A stretch of 64,000 nt of DNA from Pseudobdellovibrionaceae bacterium (lineage in GTDB: Bacteria; Bdellovibrionota; Bdellovibrionia; Bdellovibrionales; UBA1609). Below the pieces are notes generated by a model that saw only the letters and a list, made by a program, of their open reading frames with translations, had not been told where the DNA came from and did no database searches. This document shows, one piece after another, positions 55,662-64,000 of the stretch. The position numbers were made by a program, and so were the translations under genes. Where the stretch lies: positions 895-64,894 of the forward strand of contig JAAOIK010000035.1 of the NCBI GenBank assembly GCA_015163855.1, read 5' to 3'. How positions within the stretch are numbered: position 1 is the first letter of the stretch; every line of letters begins with the position of its first letter.

Positions 55662-56310
55662 TATTATTTTATTTGGTGCTCCTGGTTCAGGAAAAGGCAC
55701 TCAGGCATCACTACTACACAAAGAATATGGCATACCACATATTAGCACTGGCAATTTATTTAGCTACGAAATCTCTAATAAAACAGACTTGGGTTTACAA
55801 GTAAAAAAGTGCATGGTGCAAGGTCAGTTAGTTTCTGATGACATAGTGGTTAGTATGTTAGGCCGAGCATTAGAAAAAAATAAAAATAAAAAGATTATTT
55901 TAGACGGGTTTCCTCGCAATCAAGAGCAAGGTAAAATTTTAAAACCTTTACTAGAAAAGCACAATTTGTCCATAAGATATGTGTTCTTTTTAGAGGTGTC
56001 AGACGCTATTGTAATTCAAAGAATTACGGGGCGAAGAACTTGCCATTCTTGTAAGGCTTCTTGGCATATTGAGTATGTTAAGCCTAAAAAAGAAGGAATA
56101 TGCGATTTTTGCCAATCCCCTTTAGAGCAAAGAAAGGATGACACTGCCAAGGTAGTAAAGCACAGGCTAGAGGTTTATCACGAGTCTGCCAATAGTTTGA
56201 AAGGCTTTTATAAGGGGGAGGGGATATTACACACTATTAAGGCCGAAAAGAGCTCTGATGAAGTTTTTCAAACCATAAAGAGAGTGTATGAGGGGAAAGA
56301 AAAATCTTAA
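55609..56310 (+). CDS. adk: Adenylate kinase (Cys4 zinc-lid type); start codon uncertain
   Basis: ILFGAPGSGKGTQ P-loop. Lid with CHSC...CDFC. The only canonical start (ATG at 55609) adds ~16 aa and overlaps secY by 53 nt. An ATT at 55657 preceded by GGAGAG would give a canonical N-terminus. Confidence 0.9.
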   Translation: MTEWVLLLKLKVGEFVISIILFGAPGSGKGTQASLLHKEYGIPHISTGNLFSYEISNKTDLGLQVKKCMVQGQLVSDDIVVSMLGRALEKNKNKKIILDGFPRNQEQGKILKPLLEKHNLSIRYVFFLEVSDAIVIQRITGRRTCHSCKASWHIEYVKPKKEGICDFCQSPLEQRKDDTAKVVKHRLEVYHESANSLKGFYKGEGILHTIKAEKSSDEVFQTIKRVYEGKEKS

Positions 56311-56330
56311 CTAAAAAGTGTCAATAAATA

Positions 56331-56359
56331 TTGACGAAAATAGGCCTAAGTGCTAATTT
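56331..56359 (+). promoter_or_regulatory. Possible sigma70-type promoter ahead of rpmJ-rpsM-rpsK-rpoA-rplQ
   Basis: TTGACG (56331-56336), 17-nt spacer, TAATTT (56354-56359). Sequence match only. Confidence 0.35.
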
Positions 56360-56427
56360 TCTAACTTTGGAATTATATAAGAAATTATAGGTAAAAACAG
56401 AAACACATAAATAATAAAGGTTAAAAA

Positions 56428-56541
56428 ATGAAAGTTAGAGCATCAGTAAAAAAAATGTGCAGAAACTGTAAAATTATTAAGCGAAAGGGTAAAATTAGAG
56501 TGCTTTGCGAAAACCCTAAACATAAACAGGTACAGGGGTAG
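56428..56541 (+). CDS. rpmJ: 50S ribosomal protein L36
   Basis: Not in the ORF track because it is only 37 aa. My own translation is [37 protein letters not shown], a canonical L36 with a C-x2-C...C...H zinc motif. The stop is at 56539-56541. Confidence 0.93.
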   Translation: MKVRASVKKMCRNCKIIKRKGKIRVLCENPKHKQVQG

Positions 56542-56543
56542 TA

Positions 56544-56909
56544 ATGGCAAGACTTTTAGGTGTAGACATACCAAAAAACAAACGCGTTGTAATTAGTTTA
56601 ACTTACTTGTATGGAGTGGGTAATTCTTTAGCTAAACAAGTTTGTAAAAAATTAAATTTATCAGAAGATACTAAAACAGAAACTTTAACCGATGCCCAAG
56701 TAGTAGATATTAGAAAAGTTTTAGATGACTACACTTTAGAGGGAGATTTACGAAGAGAAAGAAGTTTAAACATCAAACGCTTAATGGACTTAGGTTGTTA
56801 TAGAGGAATTAGACATCGCTTAGGTTTACCAGTTAGAGGACAGGTAACACAAAAAAATGCAAGAACTCGTAAAGGGCCGAAAAAAACTATGGCCAATAAA
56901 AAGAAATAA
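56544..56909 (+). CDS. rpsM: 30S ribosomal protein S13
   Basis: [10 protein letters not shown]...[14 protein letters not shown]. Confidence 0.97.
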   Translation: MARLLGVDIPKNKRVVISLTYLYGVGNSLAKQVCKKLNLSEDTKTETLTDAQVVDIRKVLDDYTLEGDLRRERSLNIKRLMDLGCYRGIRHRLGLPVRGQVTQKNARTRKGPKKTMANKKK

Positions 56910-56937
56910 AATAGTTAGTAGAAAAAGGTAAAAAATA

Positions 56938-57318
56938 ATGGGTGTAAAAACAAAGAAAAAAATAAAAAAGAATGTCCCGCACGGGCGTTGTTATATTCAA
57001 GCAGGCTTTGGTAATTTGTTAATTACTATTACAGACCCTGCTGGTGGTGCTTTATGCTGGGCTTCTGCTGGTTCTTTAGGTTTTAAAGGCGGCAAAAAGG
57101 GAACTCCCTTTGCAGCACAAAAAGCGGCTCAAGATGTAGCTACAAAAGCTATGAATATGGGAATGAAGTCTTTAGAAATGTATGTTAGTGGCCCTGGCGG
57201 AGGAAGAGACTCTGCTATTCGCGCTTTAGCCAAAGGGGGGTTGCGAGTCACTTTATTAAAAGATATTACGCCTATTCCTCACAATGGGTGTAGACCTCCA
57301 AAAAGAAGAAGAGTTTAG
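56938..57318 (+). CDS. rpsK: 30S ribosomal protein S11
   Basis: ...[11 protein letters not shown].....[18 protein letters not shown]...[12 protein letters not shown]. Confidence 0.96.
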   Translation: MGVKTKKKIKKNVPHGRCYIQAGFGNLLITITDPAGGALCWASAGSLGFKGGKKGTPFAAQKAAQDVATKAMNMGMKSLEMYVSGPGGGRDSAIRALAKGGLRVTLLKDITPIPHNGCRPPKRRRV

Positions 57319-57372
57319 TTGTTAGTTAAAAATAGGTAAAAAGAAAAAAAGCAGTTACAAGGAGAAAGCATT

Positions 57373-58371
57373 ATGCAAGGGCATTATTATCATTTTTGGA
57401 AAGATTTAAAAAAACCAGAAGGTTTTGTTGCAGATAAAAAAACGTTAACCTCTAGCTATGGTAAATTTGTCATTAGCCCTTTAGAAAAAGGTTACGGAGT
57501 AACTTTAGGTAACTCTTTACGACGCGTTTTATTAAGCTCTATGATGGGGTCTGCAGTAACTGCTATAAAATTTGAGGGAGTGTTACACGAGTTCACAACT
57601 ATCCCTGGTGTTTTAGAAGATGTTTTAAACATTACTTTAAATTTACAAGAGGTGCGTTTTAAACAATACACCGAAAAAACACAGCGTTTACGCATTAAAA
57701 AAGAAGGCCCTGGTGTTGTTACTGCTGCCGACATTGAAGGCAATGCAGACATTGAAGTTTTAAGCCCAGATATCATTATAGCTACTTTAAGTGAAGGGGT
57801 TACATTTGATGCAGAAATTATGGTTAATTTTGGCCGATCGTATGTTGAAGTTTCAGAAAATAAAAAACAATTAGAAACGGGTTTTATACCTGTGGACTCT
57901 TTGCATAGCCCAGTAAGAAAAGTTAATTATAATGTTTTTAATGCAAGGGTGGGAAAGAGAACCGATTATGATTCTTTAGTGTTAGAGGTATGGACGGATG
58001 GTTCTTTAGAACCTCAAGAAGCGGTTTCTTTAAGTGCTAAAATTTTAAAAGAATACTTACAACCCTTTATTACTTTTGATGAAAAAATAGAGCCGGCTGT
58101 TGCGGTAATAGAATCTAAAGAAGAAAGAAATGAAAACTTTTATAGACCGGTTGAAGATTTAGAACTTTCGGTTAGAAGTGCAAATTGCTTAAAGAATGCC
58201 AATATTCAGTATATTGGAGACTTAGTTTCTCGCACAGAAGGAGATATGCTAAGAACAAAAAACTTTGGTAAAAAATCTTTAAATGAAATTAAAGACACTT
58301 TAGTGGATATGGGTTTACATTTAGGAATGAAGGTAGAATGGCCTCCAAAAGATTGGGAAAAACCGTCTTAG
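57373..58371 (+). CDS. rpoA: DNA-directed RNA polymerase subunit alpha
   Basis: [22 protein letters not shown]-terminal-domain motif [12 protein letters not shown]. Confidence 0.96.
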   Translation: MQGHYYHFWKDLKKPEGFVADKKTLTSSYGKFVISPLEKGYGVTLGNSLRRVLLSSMMGSAVTAIKFEGVLHEFTTIPGVLEDVLNITLNLQEVRFKQYTEKTQRLRIKKEGPGVVTAADIEGNADIEVLSPDIIIATLSEGVTFDAEIMVNFGRSYVEVSENKKQLETGFIPVDSLHSPVRKVNYNVFNARVGKRTDYDSLVLEVWTDGSLEPQEAVSLSAKILKEYLQPFITFDEKIEPAVAVIESKEERNENFYRPVEDLELSVRSANCLKNANIQYIGDLVSRTEGDMLRTKNFGKKSLNEIKDTLVDMGLHLGMKVEWPPKDWEKPS

Positions 58372-58404
58372 TTTATATAATAAAAAAGTAGAGGAAAGGA
58401 TAAA

Positions 58405-58890
58405 ATGAGACATCGCGTAGTAAAAAACACTTTTGGAAGAAAAACAGGGCCTAGAAAAGCCTTAGTAAAAGGTTTGGTAACTTCTTTAGTGGAAAGAGAA
58501 CGAATTCGTACTACCTTACCAAAAGCTAAAGAATTAAGAAGACATGTAGAACGAGCAGTAACTATTGGCAAGACAGCCACCTTACATGCTAGAAGAATTT
58601 TATTAAAAAAATACGCTAATAACACTCCTATGGTTTCAAAAATTATAGATATTATTTCGCCTCGTTTTAAAGATAGACCAGGCGGTTATACTCGTATTAT
58701 CAAATTAGAAAATCGGCCAGGAGATAACTCAGAAATGGCCTTTATTGAGTTTGTAGATTACGACTATAATAAGCCAGGAGAGGCTTTAATACCTGCTCCT
58801 AGCTCTAAAGAAGTTGCTAAGCGTAACCTTAAAAAGCGCAAAGGCATTCGTAAAGTTCAAGAAAAATCTAGAATTATCAATCGCAAGTAA
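58405..58890 (+). CDS. rplQ: 50S ribosomal protein L17 (with a ~35-aa basic C-terminal tail)
   Basis: MRHRVVKNTFGRKTGPRKAL...GGYTRI. Confidence 0.95.
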   Translation: MRHRVVKNTFGRKTGPRKALVKGLVTSLVERERIRTTLPKAKELRRHVERAVTIGKTATLHARRILLKKYANNTPMVSKIIDIISPRFKDRPGGYTRIIKLENRPGDNSEMAFIEFVDYDYNKPGEALIPAPSSKEVAKRNLKKRKGIRKVQEKSRIINRK

Positions 58891-58896
58891 TTTTTT

Positions 58897-59106
58897 TTAC
58901 TTTTTAACTTCTTTAATCACTTTATAAGGGACATTAACATCCACTGCTTCTGCAGAACTGGCTTCAATATTAGTGGTGTTACTAGGCTTTTTAAAATCTT
59001 TTATTTTAGAGCCTACAAAAATACCAAATAAAAAAATTACCAGCAAGCTACTGGAAAAAAGAATAAATTTATTAAGTAACTTTATTTTATTATTAATTAT
59101 TTTCAT
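58897..59106 (-). CDS. Small hypothetical membrane-anchored protein
   Basis: 69 aa with one TM segment (ILFSSSLLVIFLFGIFV). Convergent with rplQ, 6 nt between the two stops. It may not be a real gene. Confidence 0.3.
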   Translation of the reverse strand: MKIINNKIKLLNKFILFSSSLLVIFLFGIFVGSKIKDFKKPSNTTNIEASSAEAVDVNVPYKVIKEVKK

Positions 59107-59283
59107 ACAATATCCTTTACCATATTAAATTACTTATCTAAGGTTCTGTCAAAAAACGATTAGGTCTTTAGTATTTAATATAGCAAAAAATGACTGTTAT
59201 TTTTTTTATTACTTTACTTAAGGCTATGTTTTTAAAACTTAAGTCTAGAGAATAACTCTTTCTTTAGTAGAGGTTTATTTGGT

Positions 59284-59715
59284 ATGCAACTTGCTTTGTA
59301 TAAAGGCAATATGCGATCTACTATTTTCTTTTTACAAATTGGCTTTCTATACTTTGTAACATTCGCAACAGTATTATTTTCTGTACAAGCAAGTGCTAAA
59401 CAAAAATCACTTAAAACTTCTTACAAAACTATTTTTGTAAATATGGGCACTTTATCTTTAAACTTAATTCGTTTTGAAAAAATGCAAACTTATAAAATTT
59501 CTATACAGCTATTAGTAAATTCTAAACAAGCGCAATCAGAAATATCTGTACAAAAAAGTTTTTTTAAAGAATTGGTTTCTAATATGCTTTATAGCTTTTC
59601 TTTTGAAGAGTTACAAAAAAAAATTATTTCTGACAAAAAACAGTTAGAAGATTTAAATATTTTTATAAACGAAGGATATATAAAAGCTTTAAAAATTAAA
59701 ATTGTTAATGAGTAA
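59284..59715 (+). CDS. FliL-like flagellar basal-body-associated protein (tentative)
   Basis: An N-terminal TM segment followed by IFVNMGTLSLNL......YKISIQLLV......EI......FKELVSNMLYSFSFEEL, which fits the FliL pattern. Lies directly upstream of fliA. Confidence 0.45.
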   Translation: MQLALYKGNMRSTIFFLQIGFLYFVTFATVLFSVQASAKQKSLKTSYKTIFVNMGTLSLNLIRFEKMQTYKISIQLLVNSKQAQSEISVQKSFFKELVSNMLYSFSFEELQKKIISDKKQLEDLNIFINEGYIKALKIKIVNE

Positions 59716-59725
59716 AAATATAAAC

Positions 59726-59752
59726 AAAAGTGTTTTAAAATAAAACACTTTT
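59726..59752 (+). terminator. Perfect 12-bp stem / 3-nt loop hairpin between the FliL-like gene and fliA
   Basis: AAAAGTGTTTTA-AAA-TAAAACACTTTT. AT-rich stem. The trailing T-run is part of the stem, so terminator function is uncertain. Confidence 0.3.
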
Positions 59753-59770
59753 CACACAAGGAGTTACAAT

Positions 59771-60574
59771 ATGTTAAATAAAAAAAATATGTCTAATAGT
59801 GCAAAAGGTATTTTTTTAGAATTACAACAAACGGGTTGCGAAATGTCTAGCGATCAAAACAAACAAATTGTAGAAGAATTTTTACCATTAGTAAATTTTG
59901 TGGCAAAAAAAATTCACTTTCGATTACCTTCTCATATTGATTTACAAGATTTAATTGCCACGGGAGTGGTGGGGTTAATTGATGCTGTTAGCAAGTATGA
60001 TATTACTAAAGATAATAAATTTAAAACTTATGCAGAATTTCGTATTAGGGGAGCCATTTTAGACGAACTAAGAGTTCAAGACTGGGTACCACGATCTATT
60101 AGAGATAAAGCCAAATTATTAAATAAAGCAATAAACACATTAGAAAAAAAATTAAACAGAGCTCCTCAAGATGATGAGGTTGCTAAAGAAATGGGCATTA
60201 GTAAAGAGGAGTTTTATCAATTATTAAATATAGTAAAGCCAGTAAGGGTGTTATCTTTTGACAACATGGTTTCTTTTAATACTGCCGACTATAAATCCAT
60301 TGTAAAATTAGTAGAAGAGGCTGGTTTGGGCGGGCCTGATCAAAATTATAACTTTAAAAAAATACAAGCAAAAATAGCCGAGGCTATTAGCGAGTTATCT
60401 GACAGACAAAAGCAAATTTTATCTATGTACTATTACAAATCTTTAAATTTAAAAGAAATAGGCAGTATTTTAGAGCTTACAGAAAGTAGAATTTCGCAAC
60501 TACATGCGCAGGCTTTGTTAAAGTTAAAAGCCAAACTGTATAGATACTTTGAAAAACCCTCTATTGCGGCTTAG
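59771..60574 (+). CDS. fliA: RNA polymerase sigma factor, FliA/WhiG (sigma-28) family
   Basis: Region 2: LIATGVVGLIDAVSKYD...FKTYAEFRIRGAILDELR. Region 4: LNLKEIGSILELTESRISQLHAQALLKLK. Size is ~260 aa. No region 1.1. Confidence 0.78.
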   Translation: MLNKKNMSNSAKGIFLELQQTGCEMSSDQNKQIVEEFLPLVNFVAKKIHFRLPSHIDLQDLIATGVVGLIDAVSKYDITKDNKFKTYAEFRIRGAILDELRVQDWVPRSIRDKAKLLNKAINTLEKKLNRAPQDDEVAKEMGISKEEFYQLLNIVKPVRVLSFDNMVSFNTADYKSIVKLVEEAGLGGPDQNYNFKKIQAKIAEAISELSDRQKQILSMYYYKSLNLKEIGSILELTESRISQLHAQALLKLKAKLYRYFEKPSIAA

Positions 60575-60575
60575 T

Positions 60576-61451
60576 TTATTTTAAATACAGTAAAGTACTT
60601 TTAATTTTTTGAAGTAATCGTGTTTCCATTTGCCGTACGGCCTCTTTGCTTGTTCCGTAATGCTCTCCAATAGCTTTTAAAGTATGAGGGCTTGAAGATA
60701 AGGTTCGGTTTTTTAATATATACAATTCTTTTGGGTTAAGCTGATGCTTTAATTCTTGCAATTTTTGTTTTAATTTTTCTGTAATTTCTTTTTTTTCTAA
60801 TAAACTCTCTGGTGTTTCGTAAGTTATGGCTTTGGTTTGTGGTACGGATTGGTCAAGGTGGTCGTCTTTGCTAGATGTATCTAAACTAATATCTTTACTA
60901 GTTAATCGCTGTTGCATAGTTATAATTTCTTTTTCTGTAACATTTAAAGATTGAGCTAGCTGTGGAAAGGGAGTTTGCAGGCTTCCTAATTTTTTTAATT
61001 CTTTTTGTAAGGCATAAAAAATCTTTTTTTGTTGATTGGTGGTTCCAATCTTAACCATAGAATGTTGTTTCATAAGGTACTCTAAAATATAACCTCTAAT
61101 CCACCACACAGCATAGGTAATAAGGCGTATATTTTTATAGGGATTAAATTCTTGTACAGCAGTCATTAGCCCCACATTACCTTCTTGAATTAATTCTAAT
61201 AGGCGGTTGCCAAACTTGGCATATTCCGAGGCCACTTTAATTACAAAGCGTAAATTAGATTGTACTAAAATATGAGCATATTTAGGATCTTTGGTTTCAT
61301 AAAATTTAGTAGCAATTTCTGTTTCTTGCTTACGATCTAAAACAGGGTATTGGCTAACCTCTTTCATATATTGAATAAGGGTGGCCTGTTCGCTAGATTG
61401 CGGTTTTATTGGGAGGTTTAACGAAGTTAGATTTTTGTTAGTTTTTCCCAT
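60576..61451 (-). CDS. rpoH: RNA polymerase sigma factor, RpoH (sigma-32)-like
   Basis: LVQSNLRFVIKVASEY...LIQEGNVGLMTAVQEFNP...TYAVWWIRGYILEY. RpoH-box-like GTTNQQKKIFYALQKELKK. Confidence 0.72.
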   Translation of the reverse strand: MGKTNKNLTSLNLPIKPQSSEQATLIQYMKEVSQYPVLDRKQETEIATKFYETKDPKYAHILVQSNLRFVIKVASEYAKFGNRLLELIQEGNVGLMTAVQEFNPYKNIRLITYAVWWIRGYILEYLMKQHSMVKIGTTNQQKKIFYALQKELKKLGSLQTPFPQLAQSLNVTEKEIITMQQRLTSKDISLDTSSKDDHLDQSVPQTKAITYETPESLLEKKEITEKLKQKLQELKHQLNPKELYILKNRTLSSSPHTLKAIGEHYGTSKEAVRQMETRLLQKIKSTLLYLK

Positions 61452-61466
61452 GCAGTTTTTAAAAAG

Positions 61467-61781
61467 CTATTTTATTTTTTTTAGTAATTTAGATATTTGT
61501 GTTTCTAGTTTGGTTTTTATTACAGTTTTTAAAAGAGCTAGTTTTAAAGGCAGATTTACCTTTACGCAAACTAAAGAGGTTTTTTCCGTTTTTTTTACTT
61601 GCACTTGTACGGTAATTTTTTCGCCTTTTAATGTAATGCTATGTTTTTTGGGTTCACAGTGAGTGGTAAAGATACCAATATTTTTTTCAATATCCTTAAC
61701 AGTAGAAAGTTTTTCTTCGATCCAAAAAAAAGTTTTAGATTGGCTGCTTTCTGATTTTATGGATAAAGACACTTCAGGCAT
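61467..61781 (-). CDS. Hypothetical small protein, co-oriented 15 nt upstream of rpoH
   Basis: 104 aa. No motif recognised. Confidence 0.4.
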   Translation of the reverse strand: MPEVSLSIKSESSQSKTFFWIEEKLSTVKDIEKNIGIFTTHCEPKKHSITLKGEKITVQVQVKKTEKTSLVCVKVNLPLKLALLKTVIKTKLETQISKLLKKIK

Positions 61782-61930
61782 AATATTCTAGGGAGGGGTA
61801 ATTAATTGTGTATAATACGCACAAATTTTTATTTGTCGTATTTGACTTAATATAATAAGAATTTTTTATAACATCAAGGCTAGATTAAAACAAATATTGA
61901 TGCTACTGTATTGTGTAAATTAAGGATTGT

Positions 61931-63724
61931 ATGCAATTTTTTTCACAAGAAAGCCAAAAAAACATTACTTTACAGCGTAGTTGTCTAATTAAAGATATTA
62001 ATAAGGCCTCTTTAAACCAGTCTATCACTATTATGGGTTGGGTTAATGTTAGAAGAGATTTGGGGACTATTGTATTTTTAGAAATGCGTGACAGAACAGG
62101 AAAGGTGCAGGTGGTTTGTGATTTATCTAATCCTCAGCAAAAATTAGTAAAAAATATACGAAAAGAATTTGTTTTAGCCATTACTGGAAAATTAGTACAG
62201 CGAGACAAAGCGACTATTAATGAACAAATACTTAATGGAAAAATTGAGTTAGTTTGTAAAGAGATACATGTATTATCAGAATCTAAAACCCCAGCTTTTG
62301 ATTGGGAAGATGAAAGTGTGGGAGACGCTTTACGCTTACAATATCGCTATTTAGATTTACGATCCAATAAATTACAAAAGACTTTAGAATTAAGACATAA
62401 ACTCACCCAACAAACTCGCAATTATTTATCCAATCAAGGGTTTTTAGAAATAGAAACTCCTATTTTATACAAAAGCACTCCCGAGGGGGCTCGTGATTAT
62501 TTGGTGCCTTCTCGTGTGCATAATGGAAGTTTTTATGCTTTGCCACAAAGCCCGCAAACTTTAAAACAGTTATTAATGATTGGAAATTTTGATAAATACT
62601 TTCAAATAGCTAGGTGCTTTAGAGACGAAGACTTAAGGGCAGACCGCCAACCCGAATTTAGCCAAATTGATATAGAAATGAGTTTTGTAGATGAAGAAGA
62701 TATTTATCAGTTATCCCACCAGTTATTAGAAACTATTTGGAAAGAAATTAAAGGGGTTAAAAGTATTGATTTTCCCTCTATGTCTTACTTAGAAGCTATG
62801 AATCGCTTTGGCTGTGATAAGCCAGATTTGCGAATTCCTTGGGAGCTAAAAGATTTATCAGAAGAGGTAGGGGGCAGCGAATTTATCGTGTTTCAATCGG
62901 TTTTAAAAAAGGCTGGAGTGGTAAAAGCTTTGGCTATCCCTTCTTTGGGAGGCAGTGGGCGCAGTTTTTTAGATAAGCTTACCCAGAGAGCAAAAAAGTT
63001 AGGTGGTAGTGGATTACTATGGATTAAATCGGATTCGGATAAATTAACTTCTCCCATGGCAAAATTTTTTACTCCACAGGCTTTGCAAAATATTTTTGCA
63101 AAAGCTGGAGGTAGCAAGGGAGGTTTGGTTTTAATTGTTGCCGAACAGTTTACCAAAGCTTGTGCTATTTTGTCTGATTTACGCTTACACTTAGCAGAAA
63201 AAGAAAAGGTGATAGACACTAATGAAGATCGTTTTTTATGGGTAAAAGATTTTCCTTTATTTGATTATTCTGAAGAAGAGAAAAGGTTGGTATCTTGCCA
63301 CCATCCTTTTACTGCTCCTTGTGTAAAAGATATTCCCCACTTGCTTTCTGCAAAGGGAGATTATAAAAATATGCTTTCCCGCTCTTATGATGTGGTTTGC
63401 AATGGTTATGAATTAGCTAGCGGTAGTGTGCGGATTCATCAGTCCAATGTGCAACAAGCTATTTTTTCTCGCCTTGGTTTTAGTGATGAAGAAATTAAAA
63501 ATCGATTTGGTTTTTTTGTAGAAGCTTTAAATTATGGCACGCCTCCCCATGCAGGAATAGCCTTTGGGCTAGAGCGATTAGTAATGATTTTAACAAAAAC
63601 CAGTTCTATTCGCGATGTGGTGGCTTTTCCAAAAACCGCACAGGCCACAGAGCTAATGTCTAGCAGTCCTAGCGTGGTGGCTCAGCAACAGTTGCAAGAC
63701 CTAGGTATTAAAATTAAAAAATAG
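61931..63724 (+). CDS. aspS: Aspartate--tRNA ligase
   Basis: Class II motifs: FYALPQSPQ, FRDEDLRADRQPEFSQID, GGSVRIH-like SGSVRIH, GIAFGLERL. Confidence 0.95.
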   Translation: MQFFSQESQKNITLQRSCLIKDINKASLNQSITIMGWVNVRRDLGTIVFLEMRDRTGKVQVVCDLSNPQQKLVKNIRKEFVLAITGKLVQRDKATINEQILNGKIELVCKEIHVLSESKTPAFDWEDESVGDALRLQYRYLDLRSNKLQKTLELRHKLTQQTRNYLSNQGFLEIETPILYKSTPEGARDYLVPSRVHNGSFYALPQSPQTLKQLLMIGNFDKYFQIARCFRDEDLRADRQPEFSQIDIEMSFVDEEDIYQLSHQLLETIWKEIKGVKSIDFPSMSYLEAMNRFGCDKPDLRIPWELKDLSEEVGGSEFIVFQSVLKKAGVVKALAIPSLGGSGRSFLDKLTQRAKKLGGSGLLWIKSDSDKLTSPMAKFFTPQALQNIFAKAGGSKGGLVLIVAEQFTKACAILSDLRLHLAEKEKVIDTNEDRFLWVKDFPLFDYSEEEKRLVSCHHPFTAPCVKDIPHLLSAKGDYKNMLSRSYDVVCNGYELASGSVRIHQSNVQQAIFSRLGFSDEEIKNRFGFFVEALNYGTPPHAGIAFGLERLVMILTKTSSIRDVVAFPKTAQATELMSSSPSVVAQQQLQDLGIKIKK

Positions 63725-63792
63725 CCGACTTTTTAGCTTTAAAATTCTAATTTTTTTAGCGTTAACCGATAAAGTAAATGTAAGGAGCGCTT

Positions 63793-64000
63793 ATGTTTAT
63801 AGGTAAATATTTATTAGGTTTTGTATTTTTATTTTTTACAGCATGCTCGGGTTATGAAACCGATGGAGTTCGATCCGAAATTGGGGGAGGGCATTCTTCT
63901 GTGCAAAACAATGCCGCTAGTTTTTCGCAGGCATTAAACTTAACAGGGACTAAAAGATTAGAAGACTGGTTAGGTGTTAGTGTGCAAGAGGCAAAGGATA
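63793..64000 (+). CDS. Hypothetical lipoprotein, 3'-truncated by the window edge
   Basis: SD AAGGAG at 63782-63787. MFIGKYLLGFVFLFFTACSG with lipobox FTAC. The frame is open to nt 64000. Confidence 0.5.
   Translation, partial: MFIGKYLLGFVFLFFTACSGYETDGVRSEIGGGHSSVQNNAASFSQALNLTGTKRLEDWLGVSVQEAKD

Noticed and set aside
1-64000. A search for CRISPR arrays, tRNA/rRNA genes, transposases, integrases, phage genes and toxin-antitoxin pairs.
   Set aside because: I saw no regularly spaced repeat-spacer array. No intergenic region has a cloverleaf-compatible sequence. No recombinase or transposase motifs appear in any ORF. This was a by-eye inspection only, so small RNAs could have been missed.

Overview
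AT-rich bacterial chromosomal window using the standard genetic code (TGA serves as a stop, e.g. at the end of rplD). I call about 70 protein genes. I saw no rRNA, tRNA, CRISPR array, transposase or integrase. Housekeeping backbone: (i) a short dcw block, mraY-murD-ftsW-murG-murC-murB-ddl (7.4-15.8 kb); (ii) an S10-spc-alpha ribosomal superoperon from rpsJ to rplQ (45.6-58.9 kb) that has no rplX (L24), rpsN (S14), infA or rpsD (S4) in their usual slots; (iii) cmk-rpsA, greA, mgtE, maf-yggS-proC, aspS, and the sigma factor genes fliA and rpoH. The accessory content is more unusual. At 0-6.2 kb a ClpB-D2-like AAA+ module is fused to an FtsH-type M41 peptidase. It sits next to a 1209-aa polytopic protein, and both proteins end in the same ...SCKSLF tail. 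At 36.7-43.1 kb a six-gene minus-strand operon encodes TadC, a DUF192-like protein, three FHA-domain membrane proteins and an unknown protein. It looks like a Tad-type machine fragment joined to an FHA-based module, and it is my best candidate for an undescribed system. Other notable items are a His/Gly/Lys-rich repeat lipoprotein flanked by tandem repeats, a TonB-like protein with a long Lys/Arg-rich repeat linker, a permease-nagZ operon lacking ATPase and binding-protein genes, an orphan TadG-like protein, several structured intergenic repeats, and an L3 with a repeat extension. The lineage is uncertain. The gene content (Tad, FHA, flagellar sigma factor, secreted nuclease, AT-rich DNA) loosely suggests Bdellovibrionota/Oligoflexia, but that is only a guess. 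All calls rest on motifs and synteny read by eye. No searches were run.
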